Positions 8,792 to 18,997 of a stretch of DNA of 33,730 nt are shown piece after piece. The stretch covers positions 1-33,730 of the forward strand of contig JAUVAX010000028.1 in assembly GCA_030591685.1 (NCBI GenBank). Reading direction: 5' to 3'. Made by a program: the position numbers and the translations under genes. The notes beneath the pieces are model-generated. The model searched no databases, had not been told where the DNA came from, and worked only from the letters and a program-made list of their open reading frames with translations. The stretch is from Pseudobdellovibrionaceae bacterium (lineage in GTDB: Bacteria > Bdellovibrionota > Bdellovibrionia > Bdellovibrionales > UBA1609). Position 1 is the first letter of the stretch. Every line of letters begins with the position of its first letter.

Positions 8792-9672
8792 TCTATATTT
8801 TGCACCTGTTCTCTAAAACGTTCTATTATAGATTTCGCATTAACTACGACTTCAGTCAATTTAGCAATTTGAGATTTGGACCCTATTGTGTTGACCTCCC
8901 TCAGTAGCTCTTGGCAATAAAAGTCAATTTTCTTTCCCTGAGGGCCTTTGAGCGTAATTAGTTTTTTACAGCTCTTGATGTGCTCCTTTAGCCGAATAAG
9001 CTCCTCAAGCACATCTAGCTTATCAAGCAAAATGACTAACTCTTGAGCAAATCTCTGGGGCTCAACTTCACCCTTAAGACCCAGTTTTTTTAACCTTGTA
9101 TGCAGCCTCTCCTCAGTCTTCAAACCGGCCTGGACTTTCATCTCCTCCATGGTCTTCACTTGAGCCCCTAAATGATTTAACAGTGACAACAGCTCCTTTT
9201 TAATCGAGGCCCCCTCGCGAGCGCGCTCCTTATCACAAGCACTGGCTGCTTTTGTTATATTATCACTGAGGACTTTTTTAATTTTAGCTCCCAGTATCGG
9301 TCTCTCATCGACCTTTAATACTTCAGGCAAACGCTCCAAGACATCCAAACGGCTCACTGATGAGCTCTTCAACCCCAATTTTTTAGATAAATTTGAATAA
9401 GTCTTAAGCCACTTCTCAGCAACTCTATCTTGGGTGGCTATGGAGATTTTTTTGCCCTTTTCCGAGTACCTTCGGGCAATATAAACATCCGTAGTTCCTC
9501 TTTTTATAAGCTGTCCCACTTGAGCTTTTAATTCACCTTCAAAAGGAGCGAACTCCTTTGGTGAGTGAAATTTTACCTCAAAATATCTCCCGTTCACAGT
9601 TTTCACACTGACTTCTAACTCAAGTTCATCAGAAGCATACTTTGAAATTCCGAATCCAGTCATACTCTTCAT
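8788..9672 (-). CDS. yicC: YicC/YloC family endoribonuclease
   Basis: Starts MKSMTGFG (ATG at 9672; ORF track extends to 9699); C-terminal GKKIDFYCQELLREVNTIGSK...IERFREQVQNIE. Confidence 0.93.
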   Translation of the reverse strand: MKSMTGFGISKYASDELELEVSVKTVNGRYFEVKFHSPKEFAPFEGELKAQVGQLIKRGTTDVYIARRYSEKGKKISIATQDRVAEKWLKTYSNLSKKLGLKSSSVSRLDVLERLPEVLKVDERPILGAKIKKVLSDNITKAASACDKERAREGASIKKELLSLLNHLGAQVKTMEEMKVQAGLKTEERLHTRLKKLGLKGEVEPQRFAQELVILLDKLDVLEELIRLKEHIKSCKKLITLKGPQGKKIDFYCQELLREVNTIGSKSQIAKLTEVVVNAKSIIERFREQVQNIE

Positions 9673-10628
9673 AAATCTGCCCTTTGCCTGTCGAGCCAAA
9701 GCTCTGAATTAACAATTATGTTACGCCAACTCTTTTTTTTCTCTTCAATGGGGTTACACCAGTTGATTTGATCATCCTTCTTAAACCAAGTTCTTTGCTT
9801 TTTTGCAAGCCGAAGGGTATTTTTAATAATCTCTTCAATAAGTTCTTCATAAGTACAGAGCCCCTGCAAATAAGCCTGAGACTCTTTATAACCAACACTT
9901 CGCATGGGGGCCCAGCCTGACAAACCTTCAGAGACTAAATTTTCAACTTCACCCAAAAGCCCCTGATCTAACATTTTTAATGTTCTTTGCCTCACTAAAG
10001 GCTCTAGCTCTTTACGTTCGAGCCAGTGTCCAATTTTATAAATCGGGTTTTTTAACCTCACCGTCTCCTTTAAACTCTCATGCTCTAAATTAAATTGAGT
10101 CATAGTTTTATTTGAAGAATATATTAACTCAAGAGCTCGTTTAACCCTATACCCATCTTGCTTGTATACTTTTTTAGCATATTCTGGGTCTAAACCTAAC
10201 AGCGTTTTATAAAGTGCTGCCACCCCTCCTTGATCAAAAATACTTTCAACTTTTGACAAGGCCTCCTCTGAGACCGGCGGTACATCAAACATCCCCCCCT
10301 CTAGAGCTTTAAAGTAAAAACCACTCCCTCCTACGAAAATTAATGGCTTTAAACTTTTATTAAAACCCTCAATCACCTCTAATGCTTTTTTACGATACTG
10401 ACCGGCTGTGAAGTCCTGAGGCGGTGAAACAAAGCTCAGCAAATGATGCGACACTTTCGATAACTCCTCACCAGAGGGCTTAGCAGTGCCTATATTCACT
10501 CCCTTATAAACTTGAATACTATCGCAATTAACAACGTCAGCTTTAATAGCTTGAGCTAATTTTATAGAGAGGTCTGTTTTACCTGAACTTGTAGGGCCTT
10601 GTATAAAAATTAATGGGGGTCGTCTCAT
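9669..10628 (-). CDS. miaA: tRNA dimethylallyltransferase
   Basis: GPTSSGKT, DSIQVYKGVNIGTAKP, VGGSGFY, LAKKQRTWF; follows mutL. Confidence 0.96.
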   Translation of the reverse strand: MRRPPLIFIQGPTSSGKTDLSIKLAQAIKADVVNCDSIQVYKGVNIGTAKPSGEELSKVSHHLLSFVSPPQDFTAGQYRKKALEVIEGFNKSLKPLIFVGGSGFYFKALEGGMFDVPPVSEEALSKVESIFDQGGVAALYKTLLGLDPEYAKKVYKQDGYRVKRALELIYSSNKTMTQFNLEHESLKETVRLKNPIYKIGHWLERKELEPLVRQRTLKMLDQGLLGEVENLVSEGLSGWAPMRSVGYKESQAYLQGLCTYEELIEEIIKNTLRLAKKQRTWFKKDDQINWCNPIEEKKKSWRNIIVNSELWLDRQRADL

Positions 10629-10633
10629 GGCCT

Positions 10634-12568
10634 TTAAACTGTCCTACCAAAATCTCTTTCAAGCTTATAATAAGGGTACTCAACAAATACAGGGCGCCCG
10701 TGAGGGCAAAAGCTTGAAAGTGAAAATTCATCCATTTGTACGAGCAACAAATTCATCTCCTCAAGGCTGAGTGCTTGACCGGCTCTGACAACAGAGTGGC
10801 ATGCTAAAGTCGCACAGAGGCCACTGATATGCTTTTCCATAGCAAAGCTGCCTCCTTTATCAATAAGTTCGTTTGCAAATCTTTGAAGAACAACAATCAG
10901 TGATTTCTCTGACACTAACACTGGTGCCGCACGAACTGACAAAGTCGAAGGGCCAGAACGATCTAGCTCAATGCCTAATTTATTAATCTCCTGGATATTA
11001 TCAATAAGTACATCCACCTGCTCCACCTCTAAGTCTACGATAAGGGGGATCAAGTAGTTTTGAATTTCAAAATTACCGGTTTTCCAAGAGAGCATAAGAC
11101 GCTCATAGGCTACTCTTTCATGAGCCGCATGTTGATCTATAATCACAAGTCCGTTTCTGGACTGAGAAAGTATATAGGTTAAGTTCGCCTGCCCTAACAC
11201 CTGCAAGTTCGCCCAGTAACCTTTTTGAGTGGTCTCACTGGGTACAGAAGGGGCCGTGCTAGCAGATGAGCTTTTATCAAGATTAAATGTTGAGCCCTCA
11301 CTTTTTTCATTTAACAGAGTCGCGCTATTAGCACCTTGAAACTGTTTTTTAATACTCTCTGCATTTAGATATTTATATGAATAAGTATCAATGGCACCAG
11401 ATACCTCTGGAGCTGCCGAAAAGTCCTTAAAACTCGATTTTTGTTTGAATTGAGATTTATTAAACTCATCACCTATAAATACATCATTGAACTCTGGAGG
11501 GGCCTGTAATGGGGGTACAGGGTTAGAGCTATTGTTGTTAAATTCGTTGGAAGCTCCCAGTAAACCCTCTAACCAAGGGGCCTCTTCTAAAACAGCCCTG
11601 GTTGTTCTTAAAACAGCTCTAAAAGCGTTCGAAGGTGTTTCAAATTTAATTTGAGATTTATTGGGGTGAATGTTTACATCCACTTGGTCAGGCTTCGTGG
11701 CCAACCAAACGGCACATATAGGGAACTCACCGTGCATGAGTAAACCCCTAAAACCATCCCGTACGGCCGCTTGCAGCCCTCTATCTTGCACCCATCTATT
11801 TTGAACAAACAACCAAATTTGCTTAGAGGTTTTAGCCGTATTGTTAGGTGCTGACAAAGCCACTTGTACTTTACAGCCTAATACATCAGCCTCTCCAAAA
11901 TATAGGTTTTCTTGATCTAGTACTTGTTCGGCTCGTTTTAGTTTATTTTGATCTAAATTTTCACCAGCAATAGCTGGCCAGTAAAAAACAAGTTTTCCTT
12001 TATTGCGAACACGAAAGCTCACTCCTGGGTTAGAAAGAGCCATTGCTTTTAGAACATTTTTAATTTGCGTCCCTTCAGCGGACTCACTTTTTAAAAATTT
12101 TAACCTTGCAGGGACGTTTTCAAACAATCTCTCTATAACTATCGATGTACCTTGGTCGCCCCCCACAGGGACCACCTCACTTAACGAACCAAACTCACTG
12201 ACTAGTTGGTATGCTGATTTTTGATTTTTAACTTTAGAAACTAACGTTAATTTTGAAACGGCTGATAGGCTCGACAGAGCCTCGCCTCGAAAGCCAAAAC
12301 TACTTAAATCCCAGAGGTCGTCAGCGGCTTTAATTTTACTCGTGGCATGGCGACTGAGTGATAGGTGAAGCTCTGACTTTTCAATCCCACAACCATTATC
12401 AATGACCTTTACAAAACGCCCCCCCTGCTCGTACTCGACTTCAAGCTCAGTAGCTCCTGCATCAATAGAGTTCTCTACAAGCTCTTTGACCAGGTGGGAT
12501 GGACGCTCCACCACCTCACCCGCAGCAATTTGGTCGATAACCTCAGAAGATAAAATGTGTATAGCCAT
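10634..12568 (-). CDS. mutL: DNA mismatch repair endonuclease MutL
   Basis: IAAGEVVERP..VKELVENSIDAGA, GFRGEAL, endonuclease motif DQHAAHER, ACH, CPHGRP. Confidence 0.98.
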   Translation of the reverse strand: MAIHILSSEVIDQIAAGEVVERPSHLVKELVENSIDAGATELEVEYEQGGRFVKVIDNGCGIEKSELHLSLSRHATSKIKAADDLWDLSSFGFRGEALSSLSAVSKLTLVSKVKNQKSAYQLVSEFGSLSEVVPVGGDQGTSIVIERLFENVPARLKFLKSESAEGTQIKNVLKAMALSNPGVSFRVRNKGKLVFYWPAIAGENLDQNKLKRAEQVLDQENLYFGEADVLGCKVQVALSAPNNTAKTSKQIWLFVQNRWVQDRGLQAAVRDGFRGLLMHGEFPICAVWLATKPDQVDVNIHPNKSQIKFETPSNAFRAVLRTTRAVLEEAPWLEGLLGASNEFNNNSSNPVPPLQAPPEFNDVFIGDEFNKSQFKQKSSFKDFSAAPEVSGAIDTYSYKYLNAESIKKQFQGANSATLLNEKSEGSTFNLDKSSSASTAPSVPSETTQKGYWANLQVLGQANLTYILSQSRNGLVIIDQHAAHERVAYERLMLSWKTGNFEIQNYLIPLIVDLEVEQVDVLIDNIQEINKLGIELDRSGPSTLSVRAAPVLVSEKSLIVVLQRFANELIDKGGSFAMEKHISGLCATLACHSVVRAGQALSLEEMNLLLVQMDEFSLSSFCPHGRPVFVEYPYYKLERDFGRTV

Positions 12569-12595
12569 AAATCGATTTATAACATAAGCCTGTCA

Positions 12596-12623
12596 AAAAC
12601 CCCTCTCTAATAGAAGGGGCTTT
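12596..12623 (-). terminator. Putative intrinsic terminator downstream of the SH3/barrel gene
   Basis: Minus strand GCCCCTTCTATTAGAGAGGGG followed by TTTTT. Confidence 0.45.
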
Positions 12624-12710
12624 GCGCGTCGCGTTTTATAAATATATTTGAATGTTTTTAGTCAGTTAGGGCTGTTATCTCAACCATTTATAAATATAAA
12701 TGAGCCTATA

Positions 12711-13607
12711 TTAATAACTTTTCTGGAGAAACACTCCACCTGCGATGTATTTCTCTTGTTCGTAGTAGTACTTAGCATCAAATTTTAATAAAAAATCACC
12801 GACATAAAAGGCATACCCCATGCCTAATACGGCCCCTAAGCGCAGCTCTTCTACCTCTAGGGGTGTGCCCGGAACAAGCTCCACACTAAATGACTCATAA
12901 ACCCCCATTATGCCAAGGCTATAAAACAAAAGAGAGCTTGAAGACTCATGGAGTGGGGCGACAAAAGAAAGGCTGCTGAGGCTATAAAAGCCTGAAGTGG
13001 GGCCAATTAAATCAGAGTAGTAGGCCGGCGGCTGAAAGCTTAAATTGATTTCTAAATCTATCGGAGGGCCATCAAACAAAACCCCTGGCCCCGTCATTTT
13101 CAAACTGAACATCGTACTAAAATCACTAAGTATTACACTTGCATATTCTTCAGTGAAGTTAACGTAGTTGATCCCGCCGCCAATAAATTTTGTAAAATAA
13201 ATAGGGGCTTTTCTCGCCCCCTCAGGTTTTGAGTTATTCTTACTAAATGATTTGTTTTCTTTAAATTTAAAAACATTTAACTTAAGACTAGGTTTTACCT
13301 CTGTATCAACTATGTACCCATAGCGCTTTTTACCAAGTCTAATTTTATAAAAAACTCCTAGGCCATCTTTGCCTTTATACGTTTTTCTTGTAAGTACAAC
13401 TTTTAAGCCCTTGTCTAGGTAATCTAAAATTGCAGAATCAAAATCGGGTTTTTTATATATGGCGGCACCATCAACTTTGACAATTCCTTTTTGGGATTGT
13501 TTGCTTTTTTTAGCGCTAGCAGGGTCAATAACCAGTAGCTGTACACAAAAAAACAGCAGCAAAATGACATAAGGGGACACTTTATAAATATTTTTAATAA
13601 TAAGCAT
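12711..13607 (-). CDS. Exported protein: SH3b-like N-terminal domain plus outer-membrane beta-barrel
   Basis: Signal-like N-terminus (start uncertain; ORF track from 13649), VDGAAIYKKPDFDS..ILDYL..G and RYGYIVDTEV SH3b-like motifs, C-terminal GVFLQKSY. Confidence 0.65.
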   Translation of the reverse strand: MLIIKNIYKVSPYVILLLFFCVQLLVIDPASAKKSKQSQKGIVKVDGAAIYKKPDFDSAILDYLDKGLKVVLTRKTYKGKDGLGVFYKIRLGKKRYGYIVDTEVKPSLKLNVFKFKENKSFSKNNSKPEGARKAPIYFTKFIGGGINYVNFTEEYASVILSDFSTMFSLKMTGPGVLFDGPPIDLEINLSFQPPAYYSDLIGPTSGFYSLSSLSFVAPLHESSSSLLFYSLGIMGVYESFSVELVPGTPLEVEELRLGAVLGMGYAFYVGDFLLKFDAKYYYEQEKYIAGGVFLQKSY

Positions 13608-13624
13608 GTGATTATTATGGCCTT

Positions 13625-14323
13625 TTATTTTAAAAACCTCAACATCCAAACCCTATAAAATGCCTCCAGAACAATCTTTAAACTCATCTTACTCTCTCCC
13701 ACTCTACGATCTTCAAAAGTAATCGGGACCTCTTTATATTTGAAACCCAAGCGACAAGCTCTAAACTTAAGCTCAATTTGAAAGCAATAACCATTAGACT
13801 TGACCCTATCTAAACCCATTTCATTCAAAACATGGGCCTTCCAGGCATTAAAGCCCCCCGTCCAATCGTTCAGTGAGTACCCTAAAATAATTTTTGAGTA
13901 AATACTCCCCCCACGACTAATGATTTTTCTGATAAGGCCCCAGTTTGCGGTTTTACCCCCAAGAACATAACGAGACCCGATAACAAAATCATTCTCCTCA
14001 GCCACCTTAATTAATTGGCGTAAATCACAAGGTCGGTGCGAAAAATCAGCATCCATCTCAACTAATAATTCATAGTCTCTTTGCAGCCCCCATTTAAATC
14101 CATCAATATAGGCCCGACCTAGGCCTTGTTTTTTGGGGCGCAAAAGTAAAAATAGATTTTCTGAATTTTTCGACATTTTCTCAACTTGATGAGCTGTGCC
14201 ATCCGGAGAAGAGTCATCAACCACTAGCACATGAACATCGGGGCACTCTGACTTTATTGCCGGTATTAAGTTTTGTATGTTTTCAATTTCATTATAGGTC
14301 GGGACAATTACAAGTGTTTTCAT
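13625..14323 (-). CDS. Polyprenol monophosphomannose synthase (GT2, Dpm1/Ppm1-like)
   Basis: VIVPTYNE, VVDDSSPDGT, EMDADFSH, GSRYV.GG, DWTGGF, GYCFQIE. Confidence 0.9.
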   Translation of the reverse strand: MKTLVIVPTYNEIENIQNLIPAIKSECPDVHVLVVDDSSPDGTAHQVEKMSKNSENLFLLLRPKKQGLGRAYIDGFKWGLQRDYELLVEMDADFSHRPCDLRQLIKVAEENDFVIGSRYVLGGKTANWGLIRKIISRGGSIYSKIILGYSLNDWTGGFNAWKAHVLNEMGLDRVKSNGYCFQIELKFRACRLGFKYKEVPITFEDRRVGESKMSLKIVLEAFYRVWMLRFLK

Positions 14324-14365
14324 GCTTACTTTATACCAAAAAAAACTAAAATTACGCTAGTGTTT

Positions 14366-14848
14366 TTATCTTCCACGCGTCGCAGGGATCTCTTTTGCTG
14401 ACTGAGCGTCAATTTGGGCCCTAGATATCTCTTTTAAATTTTTCGCAAGCTCGTCTTTAATGCTTAAAGCGGGCCTTTTAGCTAATCGAGCCGTAGGGTT
14501 TTTTGTACGTAACCAAAAGTCAGAACAGCCCCTCTGCTCCGACATAATCCTTGTGACTTTTTGAACCATTTTTTCAGGCGACCTCTTATATAAAATCGGG
14601 TCAAAGCCACAATAAGGGCATGATAGTGTCACTCGCCATCGAATAATTATAAAAGCTTCAGCTATGCATAAACTAACAACAAATAAAATAATAGCCCTGG
14701 GGTCTATGTTTTGCCAAAAAACAAACATCAACAAAACAGTACTTAATAATGAAAGAAATACATTGTTAAAGGTAATATGCCTTTTTGTATTTATACGTCG
14801 TTCATGTTTACAAAAAGCGCAAAAACATTTTTTTGAATTATTTGCCAT
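14366..14848 (-). CDS. Hypothetical membrane protein with Cys (Zn-binding) motifs
   Basis: CAFC near the N-terminus, two hydrophobic helices, then CPYCG. Confidence 0.65.
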   Translation of the reverse strand: MANNSKKCFCAFCKHERRINTKRHITFNNVFLSLLSTVLLMFVFWQNIDPRAIILFVVSLCIAEAFIIIRWRVTLSCPYCGFDPILYKRSPEKMVQKVTRIMSEQRGCSDFWLRTKNPTARLAKRPALSIKDELAKNLKEISRAQIDAQSAKEIPATRGR

Positions 14849-15008
14849 ACTGTATAAACTCTTTTGTTACTCTTTTAGGTTAAATGCCATATTTATTACA
14901 TTATATCTGGCTTTTAAGCGTTCTGCGAGACTAGTTATTACTCTTCACCATTTGCCCTCCGTACAACTCATGTTAAACTAAAACTCTACAAACCCTTGTT
15001 AAATAGAG

Positions 15009-15683
15009 GTGAAAATGAAATTTATAGCTCTCATTCTTTCGTTAACTTTTATACAGACCTATGCCCTGGCCGAAGAAGAAGACGGCAACCTTATTAACTT
15101 TGATCAAATACTTACCCGACTTAACCGGACCGAAACCAAACAAAACTTCATTGATGACTCTGACCCCTTTAAAAATGTACTTATTCATGCCGGAGTCAGT
15201 CTTATTAGCTCTAACATTAGTATTCTCCCTGAAAATGGGAAAGAGTTTACAAGCTTTATAAGAGGCATTGAGGCCTCATTGGGGATTGACCTTTTCTCAA
15301 AAAATTGGTCCGCAGAGGGCGCTGTTCGCTCTTTCGCTAAACAAGAAAACAACAAAGCTTTATATAGCTTAAAAGAGTTCGATTTAAGGATTGTCTACAG
15401 AAACCACCTCGCCGGCCGAACAAAGTGGAGAGCGGGCCTAGGGATGGCAGCAAGATACCTCAACTACTCCGCCAAAGAACAGGGTGTTGCCCTTGCTGAA
15501 GCCTCTATCAGCGAAGAGATCAAGTACACAACCCCGGCTTCTATTTTGTTTGTTGGGGTAGAGGGGTATTTAAACAGCTCTCTCAGTATTGGGGCTGATA
15601 TCAGTTACCGCTCTTCTCTTATAGATGAAACGGCTGATAAAAATACCCTTGAAGCTAGCATTAGATTAGATACGCACTTTTAA
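15009..15683 (+). CDS. Outer-membrane beta-barrel hypothetical protein
   Basis: Signal peptide ending YALA, amphipathic strands, C-terminal IRLDTHF. Confidence 0.7.
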   Translation: MKMKFIALILSLTFIQTYALAEEEDGNLINFDQILTRLNRTETKQNFIDDSDPFKNVLIHAGVSLISSNISILPENGKEFTSFIRGIEASLGIDLFSKNWSAEGAVRSFAKQENNKALYSLKEFDLRIVYRNHLAGRTKWRAGLGMAARYLNYSAKEQGVALAEASISEEIKYTTPASILFVGVEGYLNSSLSIGADISYRSSLIDETADKNTLEASIRLDTHF

Positions 15684-16330
15684 TGCTCATGGTGATTTCA
15701 GCGTTTATTATTGCATCGTTACTAATTGCTCTCAGTCTCATTGCTAATAGAGCACGACTTAAAAAATCTTTTAAAATCAAGCTTCAAACTAATTGTTTAA
15801 TGACCAAATATCCTATTGTTTTTATCTCGTCGGTCCCTTCAGTATTTTACTTTGGTAATTACTGGAACTATATCCCCGAAATTTTAACGGAGCATGGCTA
15901 TGACGTTATTGAGCTCAATTTTAAAAACAAAAAAGACCTCCTCACTAATTTGCAGAGCAATATAAAGGCCCTTAAAGCGCACTACACTAATGTCCACATT
16001 ATTGGCGATTTTAGCATAAAAAAATTACTTCAAAAAAAATTAAACAATCGTCAAACTTTACTTGATCAGCTTTGGACTATAGAAACTCAAAGCACGAATC
16101 GCCCTCAAAAAACCAAGAGTAAAAACACCTTTTACCTGAGCACAGTAAACCCTCAGACTCATTTTATATGGAGGGTCCTAATTTTTTTTCACAACCATCT
16201 TCTCAACTCATCTCTTAGCCCCGTCGTTGTAGGGCTCACTGATGTTAAATCCCTAAATTCTATCGCTTTTCAGTACCTTAAGCTTGCTAATTTACTTGCC
16301 GAAAGTGATTATAAATGTTCCAATTTTTAA
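15683..16330 (+). CDS. Hypothetical membrane-anchored protein (degenerate alpha/beta-hydrolase-like start)
   Basis: N-terminal TM helix; TKYPIVFI...YWNYIPEILTEHGYDV resembles lipase N-termini; TAATG coupling with the upstream gene. Confidence 0.55.
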   Translation: MLMVISAFIIASLLIALSLIANRARLKKSFKIKLQTNCLMTKYPIVFISSVPSVFYFGNYWNYIPEILTEHGYDVIELNFKNKKDLLTNLQSNIKALKAHYTNVHIIGDFSIKKLLQKKLNNRQTLLDQLWTIETQSTNRPQKTKSKNTFYLSTVNPQTHFIWRVLIFFHNHLLNSSLSPVVVGLTDVKSLNSIAFQYLKLANLLAESDYKCSNF

Positions 16331-16331
16331 T

Positions 16332-16958
16332 ATGAAGCTCAATTCAAAACTTCTCAGCTGGATACATAAATATGAACTCATTGATGTTAGAGACTTCTTA
16401 TTAGTTTTCTTAAAAAGTCCACTCAACTCAATTAAGAGTGTCCCAACATGGCCATGGCCGACCTTACTGATTGTCTCAGCGGGGCTCTCTGCTGTAAGTA
16501 GTATTTTAAATGGTGTTGTTTCTGCACGTTATCTATGGATTATAGCTAGCCTTGTCATTGCCCCAATAGGGTTTGTCTCTGTCGTAGGGGTGCTGTCTGG
16601 TTTTTTTTATTACACCTTTTATTTTTTCTTCAATCGCGAGCTCCCTTTTAAGCAAATATTTGCAATATTAGTTGTCGTCTCTATCCCAAATCTTGCGGCT
16701 TATATTATAGAGTCTAAGGTGCCCCCTATTTCAATTTTGGGTTTTGCCGCGTCATGTATGTTGCTTATTGTTGGGTTTGTTGAAAACTTTCATCTTCCAC
16801 GAAAGCCCATTACACGACTTATCGCAATAGTTTTTGCTGTCTACTTGGGTTCTTGGATTTTTCAGGTTGTGGAGTTTACTAAAATCCAAGAAAAGTTCTC
16901 TAAACCCAACTCCAGTCAAAATATTGATATTCTAGAAAGAGAAATAAAAGGTCAGTAA
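16332..16958 (+). CDS. YIP1-like multi-pass membrane protein
   Basis: About five hydrophobic helices in a Yip1-like arrangement; ATG at 16332 just after the upstream stop (ORF track starts 16284). Confidence 0.6.
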   Translation: MKLNSKLLSWIHKYELIDVRDFLLVFLKSPLNSIKSVPTWPWPTLLIVSAGLSAVSSILNGVVSARYLWIIASLVIAPIGFVSVVGVLSGFFYYTFYFFFNRELPFKQIFAILVVVSIPNLAAYIIESKVPPISILGFAASCMLLIVGFVENFHLPRKPITRLIAIVFAVYLGSWIFQVVEFTKIQEKFSKPNSSQNIDILEREIKGQ

Positions 16959-17055
16959 TAGCTCTTATTTTTTAAAAACAATTATTTGCTTTTAACATTT
17001 AAGCCATCGTCCCACTTTAAGGCTCTAGATATTCACCTAAAAATTATAGCAATAC

Positions 17056-17706
17056 TTAACCAACAGATTTTGATGTCCCGCCGGTGCTACCAAAACCGCC
17101 CTCACCGCGAGCCGTTTCAGAGAGGTTTTCGTTGAGCTGAAATTCAGCCTGAACAACGGGGCACAACACTAACTGTGCCACTCGGTGGTTCTCTTCAATA
17201 ACAACGTCCTCTTGGCCTAAATTAATTAATATAATTTTAACTTCACCCCTATAGTCAGCGTCAATAGTACCGGGCGAGTTTACTAGTGAAATACCCTGTT
17301 TAATGGCCCAACCACTTCTGGGTCGCGCTTGTATTTCATAACCCTTAGGTATTTCAAAACTTAAGCCTGTGGGTATTAATTGCCGCTCCCCGGGCTTTAG
17401 AGTTATTTCTCCATTTTCTAACTGCGCTCTAACATCAATACCACTGGCAAACTCAGTTTCATAGACAGGCAAATCACCTTTAAAGTTCTCAAGAGTTTTT
17501 ATTTTAACAATTAACTTTCTCTCTGATTGTATTTCACTTAATTTATCACTCACAGTCTCTTTTACAAAGCCCTCAATAGATTGTAAAAAACCCTTAAGCT
17601 GTTTGTCTACAATTGGGTTTTCTTTAATGCTACTTTCAATGTAAGCACCTAGCATTGTTGCAACACCCTCAAAACGACTTGTAATTTCTTTGACATTAAT
17701 TTTCAT
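17056..17706 (-). CDS. dut: Trimeric dUTP diphosphatase with N-terminal extension
   Basis: Motifs ASGIDV, QARPRSG, NSPGTIDADYRGE, RVAQL, RGEGGFGSTG; strong AGAGGAG RBS before 17706. Confidence 0.95.
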   Translation of the reverse strand: MKINVKEITSRFEGVATMLGAYIESSIKENPIVDKQLKGFLQSIEGFVKETVSDKLSEIQSERKLIVKIKTLENFKGDLPVYETEFASGIDVRAQLENGEITLKPGERQLIPTGLSFEIPKGYEIQARPRSGWAIKQGISLVNSPGTIDADYRGEVKIILINLGQEDVVIEENHRVAQLVLCPVVQAEFQLNENLSETARGEGGFGSTGGTSKSVG

Positions 17707-17746
17707 AAACTCTCCTCTTTAAAATAGCTTTTTAGTAAAAAATAAA

Positions 17747-18994
17747 TCAACGATCACCTAAGGTTAAAACACCCATCTTATTTACATCTAAAAAATCATC
17801 GATATAGTCATTCACTGAGCCTACATCAACGGCGTCTATTTCAGATAAAATCTGCTCTACTGGGCGATAACTTTTAAAAATCATCTCATTAACGGCTAAA
17901 CTAGTCATTCGGTTTTCGATATCATCGGCCCCTAATACTATTTGTCCTTGAACTTGTTTTTTAAAAAACTCTAACTCTCTTTTTGAAATACCTTTTTTAT
18001 TTAAAACCTCAATCTCTTTATAAAATGCACCAATGACCTTTTCTAGGTACTCGTTACTTGTCCCGGCATATAAAGTTAATAGGCCCGTATCAGTAAATGT
18101 ATTTAAATAACTATAAACAGAGTACACCCAGCCTGTTTTTTCACGTACTTTTTGGTACAATCGTGAGGTCATCCCCCCACCCATAATCGCATTTAACATA
18201 TAAGCGTCAAAGCGACGAGAATCTTTGTACCCCACAGACGGAAACCCCATAAGAACATGAAGCTGCTCTGATGGCTTAGGCTCATGCTTTACAAAGACAT
18301 TGGGCCTTAATGGCTTTTTTCTTTTTTTAGGGGGGACGGCAAAACCTCTTGAGAGGTTACGTTTACATAACCGAACCACTTCGTCGTGATCCACATCACC
18401 AGCCACAGCCACAATTAAATTTTTACCTCTATAGTGAGAACGGTAAAACTCATTCACCTTAGATTTTGTCATTTTTTTTAAACTGGTTTCAGTACCTAAT
18501 ATAGGGAGCCCCAGTTTATTGCCTTTAAAGGAGTGCTCGAAGAAGAGGTCAAAAATATACTCCTCTAACTCATCTGAGGACATGTCAATTTCTTGTAACA
18601 CCACCTCGCGCTCTTTATTAAAATCTTCATTTGTACACTGAGCCCCAGATACTAAGTCTGATAAAATATCTATACTCAGCGGCAAATGCTCACGCAAGCT
18701 TGTGGTGTGAAAACAAGTGTACTCTCTTGTTGTATAGGCATTTAAATCACCGCCAACACTTTCAAGTGACTGGGCTATTTGTAAACCTGATCTTTTTTTT
18801 GTACCCTTAAAAACAAGATGCTCTAAAAAATGAGCCGCACCTGTCATACTTGAGGGCTCGTCACGAGTGCCAATTTTAATAAAAATAGACGCACAAGTGG
18901 CTCGAGTGTTCGGGTGGTGCTCAGTGACCACCACGACGCCATTTTTTAGGACCGTTTTTTTAAATGTTGGTTTGTAATCGTAAACCTTTATCAT
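17747..18994 (-). CDS. M16 (pitrilysin/insulinase) family zinc peptidase
   Basis: Inverted zinc motif HFLEH, LNAYT..EYT, GGGMTSRLYQKVRE; typical position after pnp. Confidence 0.93.
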   Translation of the reverse strand: MIKVYDYKPTFKKTVLKNGVVVVTEHHPNTRATCASIFIKIGTRDEPSSMTGAAHFLEHLVFKGTKKRSGLQIAQSLESVGGDLNAYTTREYTCFHTTSLREHLPLSIDILSDLVSGAQCTNEDFNKEREVVLQEIDMSSDELEEYIFDLFFEHSFKGNKLGLPILGTETSLKKMTKSKVNEFYRSHYRGKNLIVAVAGDVDHDEVVRLCKRNLSRGFAVPPKKRKKPLRPNVFVKHEPKPSEQLHVLMGFPSVGYKDSRRFDAYMLNAIMGGGMTSRLYQKVREKTGWVYSVYSYLNTFTDTGLLTLYAGTSNEYLEKVIGAFYKEIEVLNKKGISKRELEFFKKQVQGQIVLGADDIENRMTSLAVNEMIFKSYRPVEQILSEIDAVDVGSVNDYIDDFLDVNKMGVLTLGDR

Positions 18995-18997
18995 TAA

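Noticed and set aside
14664..14981. 105-aa + strand ORF overlapping the Cys-motif membrane gene
   Set aside because: It overlaps a better-supported opposite-strand gene and a divergent promoter gap; composition looks non-coding.
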